Shown here one piece after another: positions 14,355 through 26,389 of a DNA stretch of 64,000 nucleotides. Below the pieces are notes generated by a model. That model had not been told where the DNA came from and did no database searches. It was given only the letters and a program-made list of their open reading frames with translations. Within the stretch, counting starts at the first letter, position 1, and the number at the start of each line of letters is the position of its first letter. A program made the translations under genes and the position numbers. The DNA comes from Octopus sinensis (taxonomy: Eukaryota), in assembly GCF_006345805.1 (NCBI RefSeq), contig NC_043005.1:68634001-68698000 (forward strand), written 5' to 3'.

Positions 14355-15544
14355 TGAAATATATAAACATTTAATATATATATATACATACGTACTGAAA
14401 TAAATATATTTGATACTAAATACAATAGATAAATATAAACATAAATACATTCAATAATATTAATTGCTTTATAATAACAATGTGAGTCTTCAAATGTTAA
14501 TCCAAAGATTTCATATACAATGAACGCAATTAAATTTCGCTTTCTAAAATTTTTCTAAAATTTGAACACGTTTGTTACTTTCACTTTCGTAGATAACACC
14601 TATTTCTATTTGTCCGCTAAATTGCTGATGGACATTTCTAGAATCTTGTTATAAATAGCATTCGAGCCTAACTCCAAAAAAGGGGGACACTATGCTGTCA
14701 CGTCATGCTGTACAATCACAGTCTCCGTAGCTAAATTCGCTAAATTTGCGCACTATACCGGTCAGTGCCCAACTAGGTCTTAGATGAATGATATGAAAAA
14801 ATGTACTGAAATGCCTCCAAATGTTATGTAGTCACCGCCTCGTTCCATTTTTACACTTCGATAACTTGATATCTCATGTCCGTGAGCTGCACACTGCTGC
14901 GTTAGAGTTTTATCATTACACTAGGGCGGGGCATTGTCATTCTTTTTATAAATTGTTCATGATATATCCTGGGGAAATGCCATTATCACCTCTATATAAA
15001 TTTGTAGTGCCTTTAATAACTAGTTTGATAAGTGCTAATGCAAGAAATATTCGGGCCTTGAGTCACGTTATTATTTCTGCTTAATATCAATAAAGAAAAT
15101 ATACTCATGTTTTGAGTGTCATTTCTGTTTGCATCACTACAGATATCCACACACACATACACACACATTCACACACACACACAAATAGATTAAAGTAGAA
15201 GTTATGATATATAAGCCTCAGGGGGATAGAAATATACAATATTAGACTTGTTGAATACCTTAAAATGCAAGCACCATTTCTATTTGTTTTTCTTCGTTAT
15301 ATGTGTAGATGTGTGTTTGTGTGTATGTGTATTTATATGTATATGTGTACATATGTATGTATGTGTGAGTTTGTGCGAATGTGCATATATGTTTATGTAT
15401 AGTATGTAAGTGTGTGTTTGCAGGATAATACGACTACATAGATATGTATAGCTAACTGTTTTAATATTTAAAAGGTACATATAAGAATAGTTTCATTCAG
15501 TAATTATCTTTTATGCTAAATATCGCTTAACAATTTACCATATA

Positions 15545-15788
15545 TTAGGTTGGTGAGTAATTATCGCGGCTTTTTTCAACAAAGTTTACGTAACGAAAAC
15601 TATACCAGCATGTAGCAAAAACCTTTTTAAATGATTATCCCGGAGCATATTCACCATCTACTTCAATTACAGCCTCCCAGCCTCCCATTTGCTTCGCAGA
15701 TGGTCAGACCGTCATTTAAAGATGTTTTTGTTAAATATTGTTATAGTTTTTGTTGAACAAAAGCCGTAATAATTATGTACCAACCCAA
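15545..15788 (-). mobile_element. Mariner-derived MITE with TA target-site duplication
   Basis: TA|TTAGGTTGGTGAGTAATTATCGCGGCTTTT ... AAAAGCCGTAATAATTATGTACCAACCCAA|TA (mariner-type TIRs). The interior retains the transposase C-terminus (KW..EAVIEVDGEYAP). Confidence 0.85.
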
Positions 15789-16080
15789 TATTTTCTTGTT
15801 GTCTATGCCTCTATACTTCCACGCCTAACATTTCTGTTCTTTTGTCTGCATCATTCTATGGTAGCGCAGTTTTGCATAAACTCATATATTGTGTGTTTTT
15901 CTACTTTCTCCTAATATTTTCTCTTAATTCGTTCTGAATATGGTAGTATCGTTTAAATCTTCACATAGTCGCCATTTATCTTCTAATTAATTGGTTATTT
16001 TAATTAATTTACCTAATTTAGTAAATTAACTTTAGTTATGTATCTGTATATATATATATGTGTATATATATATGTATATA

Positions 16081-16141
<61 letters not shown>

Positions 16142-16219
16142 AGCTTAGAGAAGAAGAAACGAAACGAAACCAAACGAATCGAATCGAAACGACGCGAAGG
16201 CGCTCAGTCATACAATAGT

Positions 16220-16680
16220 GTAATAAATAAAATATATGCATACATACAAATATATATGTACGTACCTACATCTACATGTATATATACATGCATATATAAA
16301 TATATATACGTGTGTACAGGACACCACAAATAGACGTAGAACTCAACGAGAAACGAAAACGTAAAAACAGCATGGAACGGACCATTTTTTTAACAACAAA
16401 AAAACAGAGTACAAGACAACTACACAAGGAAAATTCCCCTTCATCAGCTGTGCCTAGTTCAACTCCAGCATGTTTCGAAGGTGAGGACAGAACACGTCTC
16501 GAAGAACTAGTCCTTCCTGCGAAAGAATTAAATAAAATTCATTTGCAGAGGGGTAAAAACAAGGAAAATGTGACAAAAACAGGACGTAAAAACAATACAA
16601 TTAAAAACAAATACAAAATAAAATACAATTACAGTAAATACAGTACAAGAAGGAATAGAAACAGGACAGGAAAACAATAA
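16220..16680 (-). mobile_element. PLE-like terminal-repeat fragment, same family as the 18556-19645 palindrome arms
   Basis: 16220-16447 is homologous to 18965-19195; CTGATGA lies on the minus strand at 16441-16447. Confidence 0.6.
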
Positions 16681-16708
16681 AGAGGGCCTAGAAGCCTAGA
16701 CGAGGAAA

Positions 16709-16731
16709 GATAGATAGATAGATAGATAGAG

Positions 16732-16788
<57 letters not shown>
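16709..16788. repeat. (GATA)n microsatellite
   Basis: Directly visible; similar tracts at 21656-21726, 30750-30975, 37190-37381, 39105-39241 and 39345-39552. Confidence 0.95.
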
Positions 16789-16789
<1 letters not shown>

Positions 16790-16799
16790 TTACACTTAG

Positions 16800-17160
16800 A
16801 TATGTTTCGACCAGAGATTGGTCCAGGCCATTTCTAACTTAATAGCACCACCTGTTAGGATTATCTAAATCCTGTTTAAGTCAAGTTTTGTTTATAGTCC
16901 ATTCAGGTAGTGAGTTCTTGTTGAGTGAGTTGTATCCAGGTATGTGTGGCTTAGCTAAAGCAGCAAAAATATCAGAAAGTGTTAATCAGAGTTTCACGTT
17001 CTTGTTCATCGGACAGTTTTGTTTAGAATGGAACAAAAATGCAGTTATAAACGAACATATACAATTAGTTTAATGGAAACAAATTTGAAAATGATTTTGT
17101 TTCATTGGTCCTTTCAACTAACGTTCGTTACAATAACTGGTTGCATGCAATGAACAAAAT
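16800..17160 (-). mobile_element. PLE terminal-repeat relic with a degenerate hammerhead motif, paralogue of 27700-27960
   Basis: Minus strand reads gttccattctaaacaaaactgt-CCGATGA-acaagaacgt-GAAA-ctctgatta-acac, colinear with the 27845 motif and its upstream flank. Confidence 0.65.
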
Positions 17161-17469
17161 TCGGCATAAAATCATCTAAAAAAATCGAAGAAAGCCTAAA
17201 ATGAAAAATAACATATAAAGAACAACAGTCAAAATGCCCAGGGTAAAATATTATTTATAAAATATTAATCAATTCATACATTAAAAGTTATATCCGTTTA
17301 AAACAAAAGGTTCACGTCGAATTACGTATACATTTAGCTGTATAGACACATACCAAACCATCTGTAATATACATATATACACTAAAACTTACAGATGCAT
17401 GTACATACCTACATACATATATAGACATAAATATATATATAAAATGCATACATATATATATAGTTAATC

Positions 17470-17640
17470 TAAACATGAAAACACAAAGAGAAAACCCAAC
17501 AACGCGAGGACGTGGAATAAGTATAGTGTTATTGGACGCTCAGGAAAGGAAAGGAAGAAGGAGGACTTAACGTTCTTCGTGAGAAACAGAAAAAGAAAAG
17601 ATCCTAGGAAGGTAAGATGGAGGGAAAAAACCGCCAATAT
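17470..17640 (-). repeat. Dispersed repeat; second copy at 30424-30592
   Basis: Shared aacatgaaaacacaaagagaaaac...acgcgaggacgtggaa..agtatagtgttatt.gacgctcagga...ttaacgtt. Confidence 0.85.
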
Positions 17641-17659
17641 ACATACATATATATGTATG

Positions 17660-17735
<76 letters not shown>

Positions 17736-17832
17736 ATATAGGATAAAAATTTTTCGAAAAAAAGATTCTTTTCCCAAAAGATTTTATCAATGCCCAGCAT
17801 ATTAAAAAATACCTTTAAGGTTAAATTTATAA

Positions 17833-18000
17833 ACAATTCCTAAATAAGGGCAAACGAAAAAATTTCTAATGCTAAATATGCCGAAAAATTGGACATAGCG
17901 TGCGGATTGTGAAAAAATAAATGGTTAATGGACAACATGTCAAAATTTAGGGCATATGTGGCATTAGAAATTTTTTCGTTTGCCCTTATTTAGGAATTGT
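17833..18000. mobile_element. MITE-like element with perfect 40-bp terminal inverted repeats
   Basis: acaattcctaaataagggcaaacgaaaaaatttctaatgc (17833-17872) is the exact reverse complement of 17961-18000, with an imperfect ~24-bp inward extension. Confidence 0.85.
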
Positions 18001-18089
18001 ATATATATATATATATATATATATGCATTTGTATATATATACGCATACATGCACACGCATAAAATCTCCTGGGGCATGATTATACAAGT

Positions 18090-18194
18090 TAGTTGTTACA
18101 GACGAGACAAAGAAAAGAAAAATCAGAGAATATTAAATATACTTAATATTCTCTGATTTTTTCCTCCTTCTCTTTCTTTCGGCTGTAACAAATA
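18090..18194. repeat. Hairpin: perfect 19-bp core, 6-nt loop, imperfect ~50-bp arms
   Basis: aaaaatcagagaatattaa-atatac-ttaatattctctgattttt, with outer ttgttacag/ctgtaacaa. Confidence 0.85.
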
Positions 18195-18521
18195 ATACGA
18201 AAGAAAGTCCTTGGTACAGCTTTATATGTTTTCCTGAAAATTTCATCACTTTAGTAATTAGATTTTTATTACTTATTAGGTGTTTATAGGAGATGACCCC
18301 GATACCATTTTCTCACATAAGACCGGTTTTCAAAGTGATATGTTTCCGATAGTTATCAAGTCTGTAGATACAGTTGTTTAGTTACAAACATACAGATACA
18401 GACACACGCAGAAACCCTTATATACGCACTTGTACAGATATAGACATACACACACACACACATATGTATATATGCATATATGTATGTGTATATGTATACA
18501 CATCCATACATACATACACAA

Positions 18522-18555
<34 letters not shown>

Positions 18556-18893
18556 GTCTCAATGACACCATTACCTCTCATAACCTCCATATATATATAT
18601 ATATGTGTGTGTGTGTATTTGTGTGTGTGTATATACACACCGTGATCACCGTGACCGACCAGGCTATCAGATGTTGTTACACATCGCTGGTCACAATGCG
18701 TTCGCATTGTTTTAGCCTTGGAATGACGCCAACAGAAGAAAGAGTGGGAGAAAGAGTGGTGAAAGAGTACAGCAGGGATCACCCCCCCCTGCCGTATTTT
18801 CGCTCAATAAAACTCACAACGCCCGGTCTGGGAATCGAAACCGCGATCCTACGACTGCGAGTCCGCTGCCTTAACCACTGGGCCATTGCGCCT

Positions 18894-18937
<44 letters not shown>

Positions 18938-19441
18938 CACACACACATATATATGTATATATATATAAATTAATAAATAAATAAAATATATGCATATATA
19001 CATACATATATGTACGTACCTACATCTACATGTATATATTACATGCATATATGGGTACAGGACACCAAAAAAACGTCGAACACAGTGAGAAACGAAATAA
19101 TAAACTCGAAACCAAGGAAATGGACATTTTTTTAAACAACGAAAAAATAGAGTACAGGACATACAAAACAAGGAAAATTCCCCTTCTTCAGTCGCGTGGA
19201 GTAGATGAAATTAAGGCGACTGAAGAAGGGGAATTTTCCTTGTTTTGTATGTTCTGTACTCTATTTTTTCGTTGTTTAAAAAAATGTCCATTTCCTTGGT
19301 TTTATGTTTATGTTTTCGTTTCTCATTGTGTTCGACGTTTTTTGGTGTCCTGTACCCATATATGCATGTATATATACATGTAGAGGTAGGTACGTACATA
19401 TATGTATGTATATATGTATATATTTTATTTATTTATTAATT

Positions 19442-19476
<35 letters not shown>

Positions 19477-19530
19477 GTATATATATATATATATATGTAG
19501 GTATATACATGTATATACATACACACAAAT

Positions 19531-19614
<84 letters not shown>

Positions 19615-19645
19615 AGGTTATGAGAGGTAATGGTGTCATTGAGAC
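18556..19645. repeat. ~1.1-kb inverted duplication with a 20-nt loop (19196-19215) and a SINE in the left arm only
   Basis: Inner arms of ~245 bp are near-identical. The outer ends gtctcaatgacaccattacctctcataacctcc and ggaggttatgagaggtaatggtgtcattgagac are exact complements. Confidence 0.9.
18639..18895 (-). mobile_element. tRNA-derived SINE, family C
   Basis: Minus-strand head GGAGGCGCAATGGCCCAGTGGTTAAGGCAGCGGACTCGC...GGTTTCGATTCCC (A and B boxes); same head as 44952. Confidence 0.9.
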
Positions 19646-20084
19646 CCAAAGGTGTAAGGTAATACTGAAAAAGTGCTATAAATAAACCATAGTAAAGTTC
19701 CAAGTTCAGTGATTTGGCGAAAAAGGGCTTCAACGTTGGTCATGTCAGTGCGTGTATATAATTTTATTTTCTCGTAATGAGATAAAAAAAAACAAGGCTG
19801 AGTAGATTTTAGAACATTTATAGATAGAAGTTCTGACAGTTGTTTCCTGGATATTCATAAAGTATATCCCTTCATGGGAGACGTGTGAGATAATAGTTAA
19901 GTAATAGTTAATTCTGATATGATACAAAATAGAGAGTGAGGTGCAGGAAAGAAAATAGATGCTAGATATGTAGGGATTTTGAATTTGTAGATCCATTTTT
20001 TAGGCAAAATGGTATACATGTAAAATTCCACTTTTATGTTTATAAACCTGTTACTTATTCTGTCGATATGTTTTGCCGAACCTC

Positions 20085-20525
20085 TAAATATATGTTTCTT
20101 TATTACCCACAAGGGGCTAAACATAGAAGAGACAAACAAGGACAGACAGAGGGATGAAGTCGATTACATCGATCCTAGTGCGTAACTGGTACTTAAATTA
20201 TCGACTCCGAAAGGATGAAAGGCAAAGTCGACCTCGACGGAATTTGAACTCAGAACGTAACGGAGACGAAATACGGCTACGGCGTGATACGAAAACCGGT
20301 TGTCAAGCATTGGTTGGGAGCAAACATAGACACAAAGATACACATACACACACTCACACACATAGGTATATTCACGACGGGCTTCTTTAATCTCTATCAT
20401 CCAATGCAACTCTCAATGTTTATGTCGGCCCGAAGCTAAAGTATAAGATAGCTGCCCAAATTGGCATGCAGTGGGTCTGAAACCAAAACCATATTTTGAG
20501 AAGCAAACTTGTAGCAAACTTACGT
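20085..20525 (-). mobile_element. Chimeric SINE: family A 5' part joined to a 5'-truncated family B element
   Basis: The minus strand switches near 20286 from family A (...gcttgacaaccg) to family B (gttcaaattccgtcgaggtcgactttgcctttcatcc...). Confidence 0.75.
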
Positions 20526-21084
20526 TTTGATACAATTTTGAATTTTCATACACGTTTTACCATATTAATAAAATTTTATCAGGGTGAAGACAATTTAATG
20601 ATGTCGCTGATGACAAATTTTATTGAACCATGAACAGGAATACTATTTTTAAGCTTTCATCAAAGCTGTGTCTATAGAATATGCTAATAGGTTTCCATTT
20701 GAAATCACGAATATCTTTTGCTTATCAGTTCATGTGGTGTAAAGACGCTTTAATTTATCAAACGCATTCAGCAGCATACCTATTTCCTTTTTACGAGGTA
20801 CACAATTTCAGCTTTCCCGTGAAAGTAATTATTCTTAACAAAACTTTAATATATTTAATGATTAGAAAATTAGGATGTTGTAATTTTATTCTCAAAATTT
20901 ATAAACACTGAGTGGATTTAAATTATTTATTATTCAATGAATATGAATATTTGTTTCTTGCTAATGTCTAAAATTTAGGCACCTTGTTTTGCGCTTATCC
21001 GCTCTCACGCGACTGTGTGTATATACATAAATATGATTAAATACACATACATGCACATATTCTTTATTCGTTTATTATATTAAT

Positions 21085-21391
21085 TGTTTCAGTCATTTGA
21101 CTGCGACCATGCTGGAGCACCACCTTAATCTTTGTAAGCCTAGAAATTATTTTATCGCGGTTTTTACCGAACTGCTAAGTTATAGGGACATAAACACACC
21201 ATGCAATGGTGGACACGGGACAAACATAGACACGCAAATACACACATCTACCAAATCTATTCACAAGGCTTTGGTCGGCCCGAGGCTACTGTAGAAGACA
21301 TTTTCCGAAGGTGCCACGCACCACGCAGTGGTACTGAACCCGGAACCCTGTGGTTGTGAAACAAACTTCTTACCACGCAGTCACTCTTGCG

Positions 21392-21393
<2 letters not shown>
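21085..21393 (-). mobile_element. tRNA-derived SINE, family A
   Basis: Head ggcgcaagagtgactgcgtggtaagaag...gggttcagtacc and tail ctccagcatggtcgcagtcaaatgactgaaaca. Confidence 0.9.
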
Positions 21394-21464
<71 letters not shown>

Positions 21465-21566
21465 ATTCAACATATTCTTCCCTCCTGTGGCAAGACACGA
21501 AGTGGGAAACTTCTTATTTGTTTTGAATTTAATAAATAAATACATACATACATACACACACACACG

Positions 21567-21727
<161 letters not shown>

Positions 21728-22064
21728 TCATGCATACTGGTGCGTTTGAGCATGTAGGTGCAAAAAACAGCAATCGAAAAAGTAAAGTAAGTTAAGTGAA
21801 AAACTTCACATACTGTTACACTGATTCTCATGTAACTGTTCACCACAGAGTGCTGACAACCTGTCTGATGATCAATTTAGTTAAACCTGACGAAAAACTT
21901 TGTGGCAAGAGGGTGTAAGAATGTATATGTATATTGTAAGAATACATCTGTACATATGCGCACGTCTGTGTGCGCGACCTTTTGCATTTTGCTACAAGGT
22001 CATTTACATTTTGTGAATAATATATCAATTTATTAAGCTATACAGAGTTCTTTTTAGATCTAAA

Positions 22065-23045
22065 ATATACTTTCTTACGTTTTCTACAATGCTCTTGCAT
22101 CTATCTGGTAGACTTCCAAGGCCCCTCTTACATTATTCACATGTCCCTAATGAAAAATACTTCTCCACTACTGTTATGACCGCGTCTACAAAATTCGTAT
22201 ACTTTCCGTCCAAATGATTTTGAAGATTGCGGAATAAATGATAATCAGATGGAGCAATGTCCGGTGGGTGGGGCATCGTTTCCCATTCAAACTGCTCCAG
22301 CCTTTGCAATTTCATCCTCACTGAATGTGGCCGAGAATTATTCTGATTGACTAACACATTTCATCTTGAAACCAAAAATGGTCATTTTCCTTCTAGCGCT
22401 GACTTAACCCGCTCAAGCTGCTCGCAATAGATCTCATTTGTCATCGTTTGGTTTGGGTTTAAAGTTTTTAAATTGGATTAAACTTTTCATATCCCACCAA
22501 ATATATGGCAACCATACGTGGGTGAAGAACTAGGGTACAGATGTTTCTATTTTTTTTCTACCCACTCTCTTCGGGAGTTGACATTTTTATAGAGTACCCA
22601 TTGCTCGTCACCAGTAACTTTAAAGACTCCGCCGGTTACGACGACGAGGGTCCCAGCTGATACGATCAACGGAACAGCTTGCTCGTGAAATTAACGTGCA
22701 AATGGCTGAGCATTCCACAGACACGTGTACCCTTAACGTAGTTCTCGGGGATAATCAGCGTGACACAGAGAGTAACAAGGCTGACCCTTTGAAATACAAG
22801 TACAACTCATTTTTGCCAGCTGAGTGGACTGGAGCAACGTGAAATAAAGTGTCTTGCTCAAGGACACAACGCGTCGCCGGGAAACGAACTCACAACCTTA
22901 CGATCATGAACCGAATGCCCTAACCACTAAGCCACGCGCCCTCACACCAGTAACTATTCGGTTGAAAAAGGTTAATTCGTGAGATGTGACAGCAAAGAAG
23001 AGCACACATTCACTCTCTGCGCGCGATTAGATTCGGAAAATGTTA
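22065..23045 (-). mobile_element. Mariner transposase pseudogene fragment interrupted by a SINE
   Basis: SESNRAQRVNVCSSLLS..FNRIVTG / DEQWVLYKN, QNNSRPHS (HDNARPH), PPDIAPSDYHLF (YSPDLAPSD), RGLGSLPDRCKSIVEN. Confidence 0.9.
22620..22944 (-). mobile_element. Full-length tRNA-derived SINE, family D, with an 11-bp TSD
   Basis: CACCAGTAACT at 22609-22619 and 22945-22955; head TGGCTTAGTGG (A box) ... GAGTTCGTTTCCC (B box). Confidence 0.92.
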
Positions 23046-23615
23046 GCGTTTGTGCGTGTATGTATTCTAGAGTGTACTTGTTTATGTGTGTGTGAATGTG
23101 TATGTATACATGCGTGTATTTGTGTGTGCGCGTGTGCATGTGTGCGTGTGTGCGTTTTGTATTTGTGTGTGGGTGTGCAGCTATGAGCATTTTAATTACA
23201 CAAACTGTGGCGAAAATGTTTTTCATGTTCAGCTGCTCAATATTCAGCTAAACTGACTGATTTGCTTTCCCTTGAAAGAGATGAAAAATGCTTAACCCAA
23301 AATTAATTCAGCACGTAACTCTTGAGAGTAGATCAGATAAAGTAAGATGCGTTTTTTAAGAAAATTGAGGAATATATAAACCATTACACATTACCACTTG
23401 CTTTTAATTCATAGAACGTGACAAGTTGTGAACTTTCGCATCATTGAATTGCAGGGTTGCTAAGATATTTAGTTGTCTTGTTGATGGAAGGAAGAAATCA
23501 GTGTAATAAGCTTAATTGTAACTAGTTTCAAAATAAATATATATCATCATTGTTTTTAATTTTTGTGTACACACACATATACATATAAATGCGTAGCTGT
23601 ATACATATATATATA

Positions 23616-23664
<49 letters not shown>

Positions 23665-23671
23665 TATATAT

Positions 23672-23709
<38 letters not shown>

Positions 23710-23710
<1 letters not shown>

Positions 23711-24180
23711 GGCTTAACTGTGTGGTAAGAAGCTTGCTTCCTAACCACATCTTTCCAGGTTCAGTCCGACTGCATATAAACTAAGGCAAATGTCTTCTAT
23801 TAGAGCCGCGGGTCCACCAAAGTCATGTGAGTGGGTTTGGTGGACTGAAGCTGAAAAAAACTTTGTATACACACACACCACACATATATATATATAATTG
23901 TGTGTGTGTGTTTGTGTGTGTGTGAATGTGTGTATGCGCGGGCGCATATGTGTGTGCCCGTGTGTTTATGTGTTTGTATTTTATGCGTATATTTGTGTCT
24001 GTGATTGTCTACCACCAGCGCTTGACGACTCGTTTTGGTGTGTTTATGTCCTCGTAACTTAGCGGTTCGGCAAAAAAGACCTATGTAATAAGTATCGTAC
24101 TTAACAGAAAGTAAGTACTGGGGGCGATTCCTTCGATTAAAAAAAGCCTTCAAGCTGGTGTGCCAGCATAGCCGCAGAGT
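23710..24180 (+). mobile_element. SINE family A
   Basis: Colinear with the 26390 and 28033 copies, with an internal TA/TG microsatellite. Confidence 0.88.
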
Positions 24181-24220
24181 GAACCTAATAAAATATAAAA
24201 GATATAGGCAGTAAACTTAC

Positions 24221-24312
24221 GTCTGCAGTAAGAGAAATTTGGGGACGAGATACGTATGCCGTGTCAGAAGGAGATCTCTCGTTATACGATGGCCCGAGGA
24301 AGAAGGACGGAA
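24221..24312 (-). other. Candidate exon (92 nt) of a minus-strand host transcript
   Basis: Non-repetitive and GC-richer than its flanks; tttacttag| acceptor and ac|GTAAGT donor. Two open frames (e.g. PSFFLGPSYNERSPSDTAYVSRPQISLTAD); may be UTR. Confidence 0.5.
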
Positions 24313-24957
24313 CTAAGTAAACGATAATACTTGAAAACGTTAAGGAATTAATTTACAGTTTTAACTTTCATTTCTTATATATTTTAAATTTCTTATATGT
24401 TTATAGCTTCAACATGCCAGAGCAATGTTCGTAACATGTGTAGCTAAAAATATTTCCTGTAAAAATTAATTTAATTTGCTTTCTACTAGAATAGCTGCAA
24501 TCACATTATTGCCATCGGTTAAATTTTAATACCTTAAAATGGCATATAGCTGAAAACATAACCACACTTTTAGCTCGACTTCAAACACGTGTATAATATC
24601 CGCCAATCAGCATTTGCATTGTAAATAACCTATGACGTTGTATATTCCTTGTACGTTACACCATGCTTTTAGAGAAAATAGCAACATTTCATTGAAAATG
24701 GTGTACGTCCATGAGCTAAAGGCTTTTGGGTTCTTTTTTACTCGATTTATTTTTATTCAACTTCAACAGATTTCTTCCAACAACGGAAATATATTTTTCT
24801 CGTGAAATACAAATTTATTAGAAATGTATAGTTTATATAATCCAAATTTAAGTCTAAATCCTTAGAATTGAGACAAAGACGCAAGCATCGAATTAAAGGA
24901 CACGCTATGAGAAACACGTGAAGCTAAACTTGTATCTAGTAAATATTTACTTTAATT

Positions 24958-25160
24958 ATAGGTGTGGCTGTGTTTTAAGTATTTTGTTTCCTAACCCCAT
25001 GGTTCTGGATTCAATCCCAATGTGTGAGAAGTTGTGCGACAATCCTTAACTATAGGCACGAGTTCACTGAAACATTGCGAGTACATTTACATGATGGAAA
25101 CTAGAGGAAGCCCTAAGTAGTGAGATCAATTTGTTCTACTAAAGACTTTAAGGTGGTGTT
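24958..25160 (+). mobile_element. Old degenerate SINE family A copy
   Basis: ggtgtggctgtgttttaag...ggttctggattcaatccc...gatggaaactagaggaagccc resembles the family A head and body. Confidence 0.6.
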
Positions 25161-25298
25161 GTGTTAGAAAACTATATTATAAAGATGTACATTATTTTGT
25201 ACGATAAATTACTCATTAAAACTATATTATGTTAAGACCGTATTACTTTTTATAATTGAGCTCATCTGCATATATGTGTGTATATATGTGTGGGTGTT

Positions 25299-25339
<41 letters not shown>

Positions 25340-25428
25340 AAATATTAGGGAATAAATCCAAACTTACAGGGAAAAATCAGATTTAGGATTAAATCCAATT
25401 TTATAGTATAAATATATTATATTATATT

Positions 25429-25686
25429 ATATTAAATTAGAGATAAAACCACTATAGGCAAATCAAACAATGAAAAACATAAGCCAATACATAAAATTAA
25501 TTAATTTATATTATTTTAAATATATATCAAAAGTATTGAAAGTTTAATAAAAGATACTCTTTATCTTTTATTAAACTTTTAATACTTTTGATATATATTT
25601 AAAATAATATAAATTAATTAATTTTATGTATTGGCTTATGTTTTTCCTTGTTTCATTTGCCTAATAGTGGTTTTATCTCTAATTTA

Positions 25687-25690
<4 letters not shown>
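25429..25690. repeat. Near-perfect fold-back, ~128-bp arms, 5-nt loop
   Basis: ...gtttaataaaagata-ctctt-tatcttttattaaac...; the arms match out to aattagagataaaaccacta / tagtggttttatctctaatt. Confidence 0.92.
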
Positions 25691-25731
<41 letters not shown>

Positions 25732-25798
25732 TGTGGTGTGTGTGTGTGTGTGTGTACATGCATGTCACCGCTACGAAGCAAGCCTTTGAGCAGGATCA

Positions 25799-25883
25799 TC
25801 AATTCCCAACGTTTACCAACCCCCAAAGCACATCATTCGCCAACCCTTACCAATTCCCAACACCTACCAATCCCCAACGCTTG
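25799..25883. repeat. 17-bp minisatellite, 5 diverged units
   Basis: tcaattcccaacgttta / ccaacccccaaagcaca / tcattcgccaaccctta / ccaattcccaacaccta / ccaatccccaacgcttg. Confidence 0.8.
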
Positions 25884-26049
25884 TTTCGTGTGAGTGCGAT
25901 TGTGGTTGTATACGCGCATGCGTATGTGCGCACACACTGGTGCGCACGTGTATGTGCATGGAATATACATATGCACGCAAAACTATATGAGCGTGTCTAA
26001 TCACCCAAATATAGATCTGTACGTACTCATGCTGTCCTATTCCACTTCT

Positions 26050-26260
26050 CCCCAACAATCTGACCAATTTCTTCATCGACCCGTGGTCTACTTCCTGTCT
26101 TCCACGTTGTCAATTTCCTGTTCACCATGCTGTATTTTCCAACAAACTGTTACCGATGTACCAAGATCAAGTCACTACACCGCGTTACCTACCTCGACCA
26201 ATCGCAGCCTACCGTACGGTAATAACAATAAACTTTTGCCATTGAAATTCTAAATGGCTG
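26050..26260. promoter_or_regulatory. Possible promoter-like island (CCAAT boxes, ETS-type sites)
   Basis: CpG-containing unique sequence with GACCAATCG (26196-26204), a second GACCAAT near 26062, and ACTTCCTGT (26090-26098). Motif presence only. Confidence 0.3.
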
Positions 26261-26389
26261 ACGACTAGCATCACGCTTGAAACTCAAGAGTACCAACAAA
26301 TTTAAATCAAACTGTTTTGATTCAAACTCTCAATGAATTGGTTGAGTGCCCTTCGTTTGTTCACTCACTCGTATATCTATGTGTAAGTA

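Noticed and set aside
16441-16500. Possible type-II hammerhead (GAAACAUG ... CUGAUGA on the minus strand)
   Set aside because: Stems I and II cannot be paired convincingly.
18820-18895. tRNA-like sequences with A/B boxes (also at 22870-22944, 44952, 60215 and family A/B heads)
   Set aside because: They are SINE or PLE heads that continue into repeat bodies and lack a complete acceptor stem; not called as tRNA genes.
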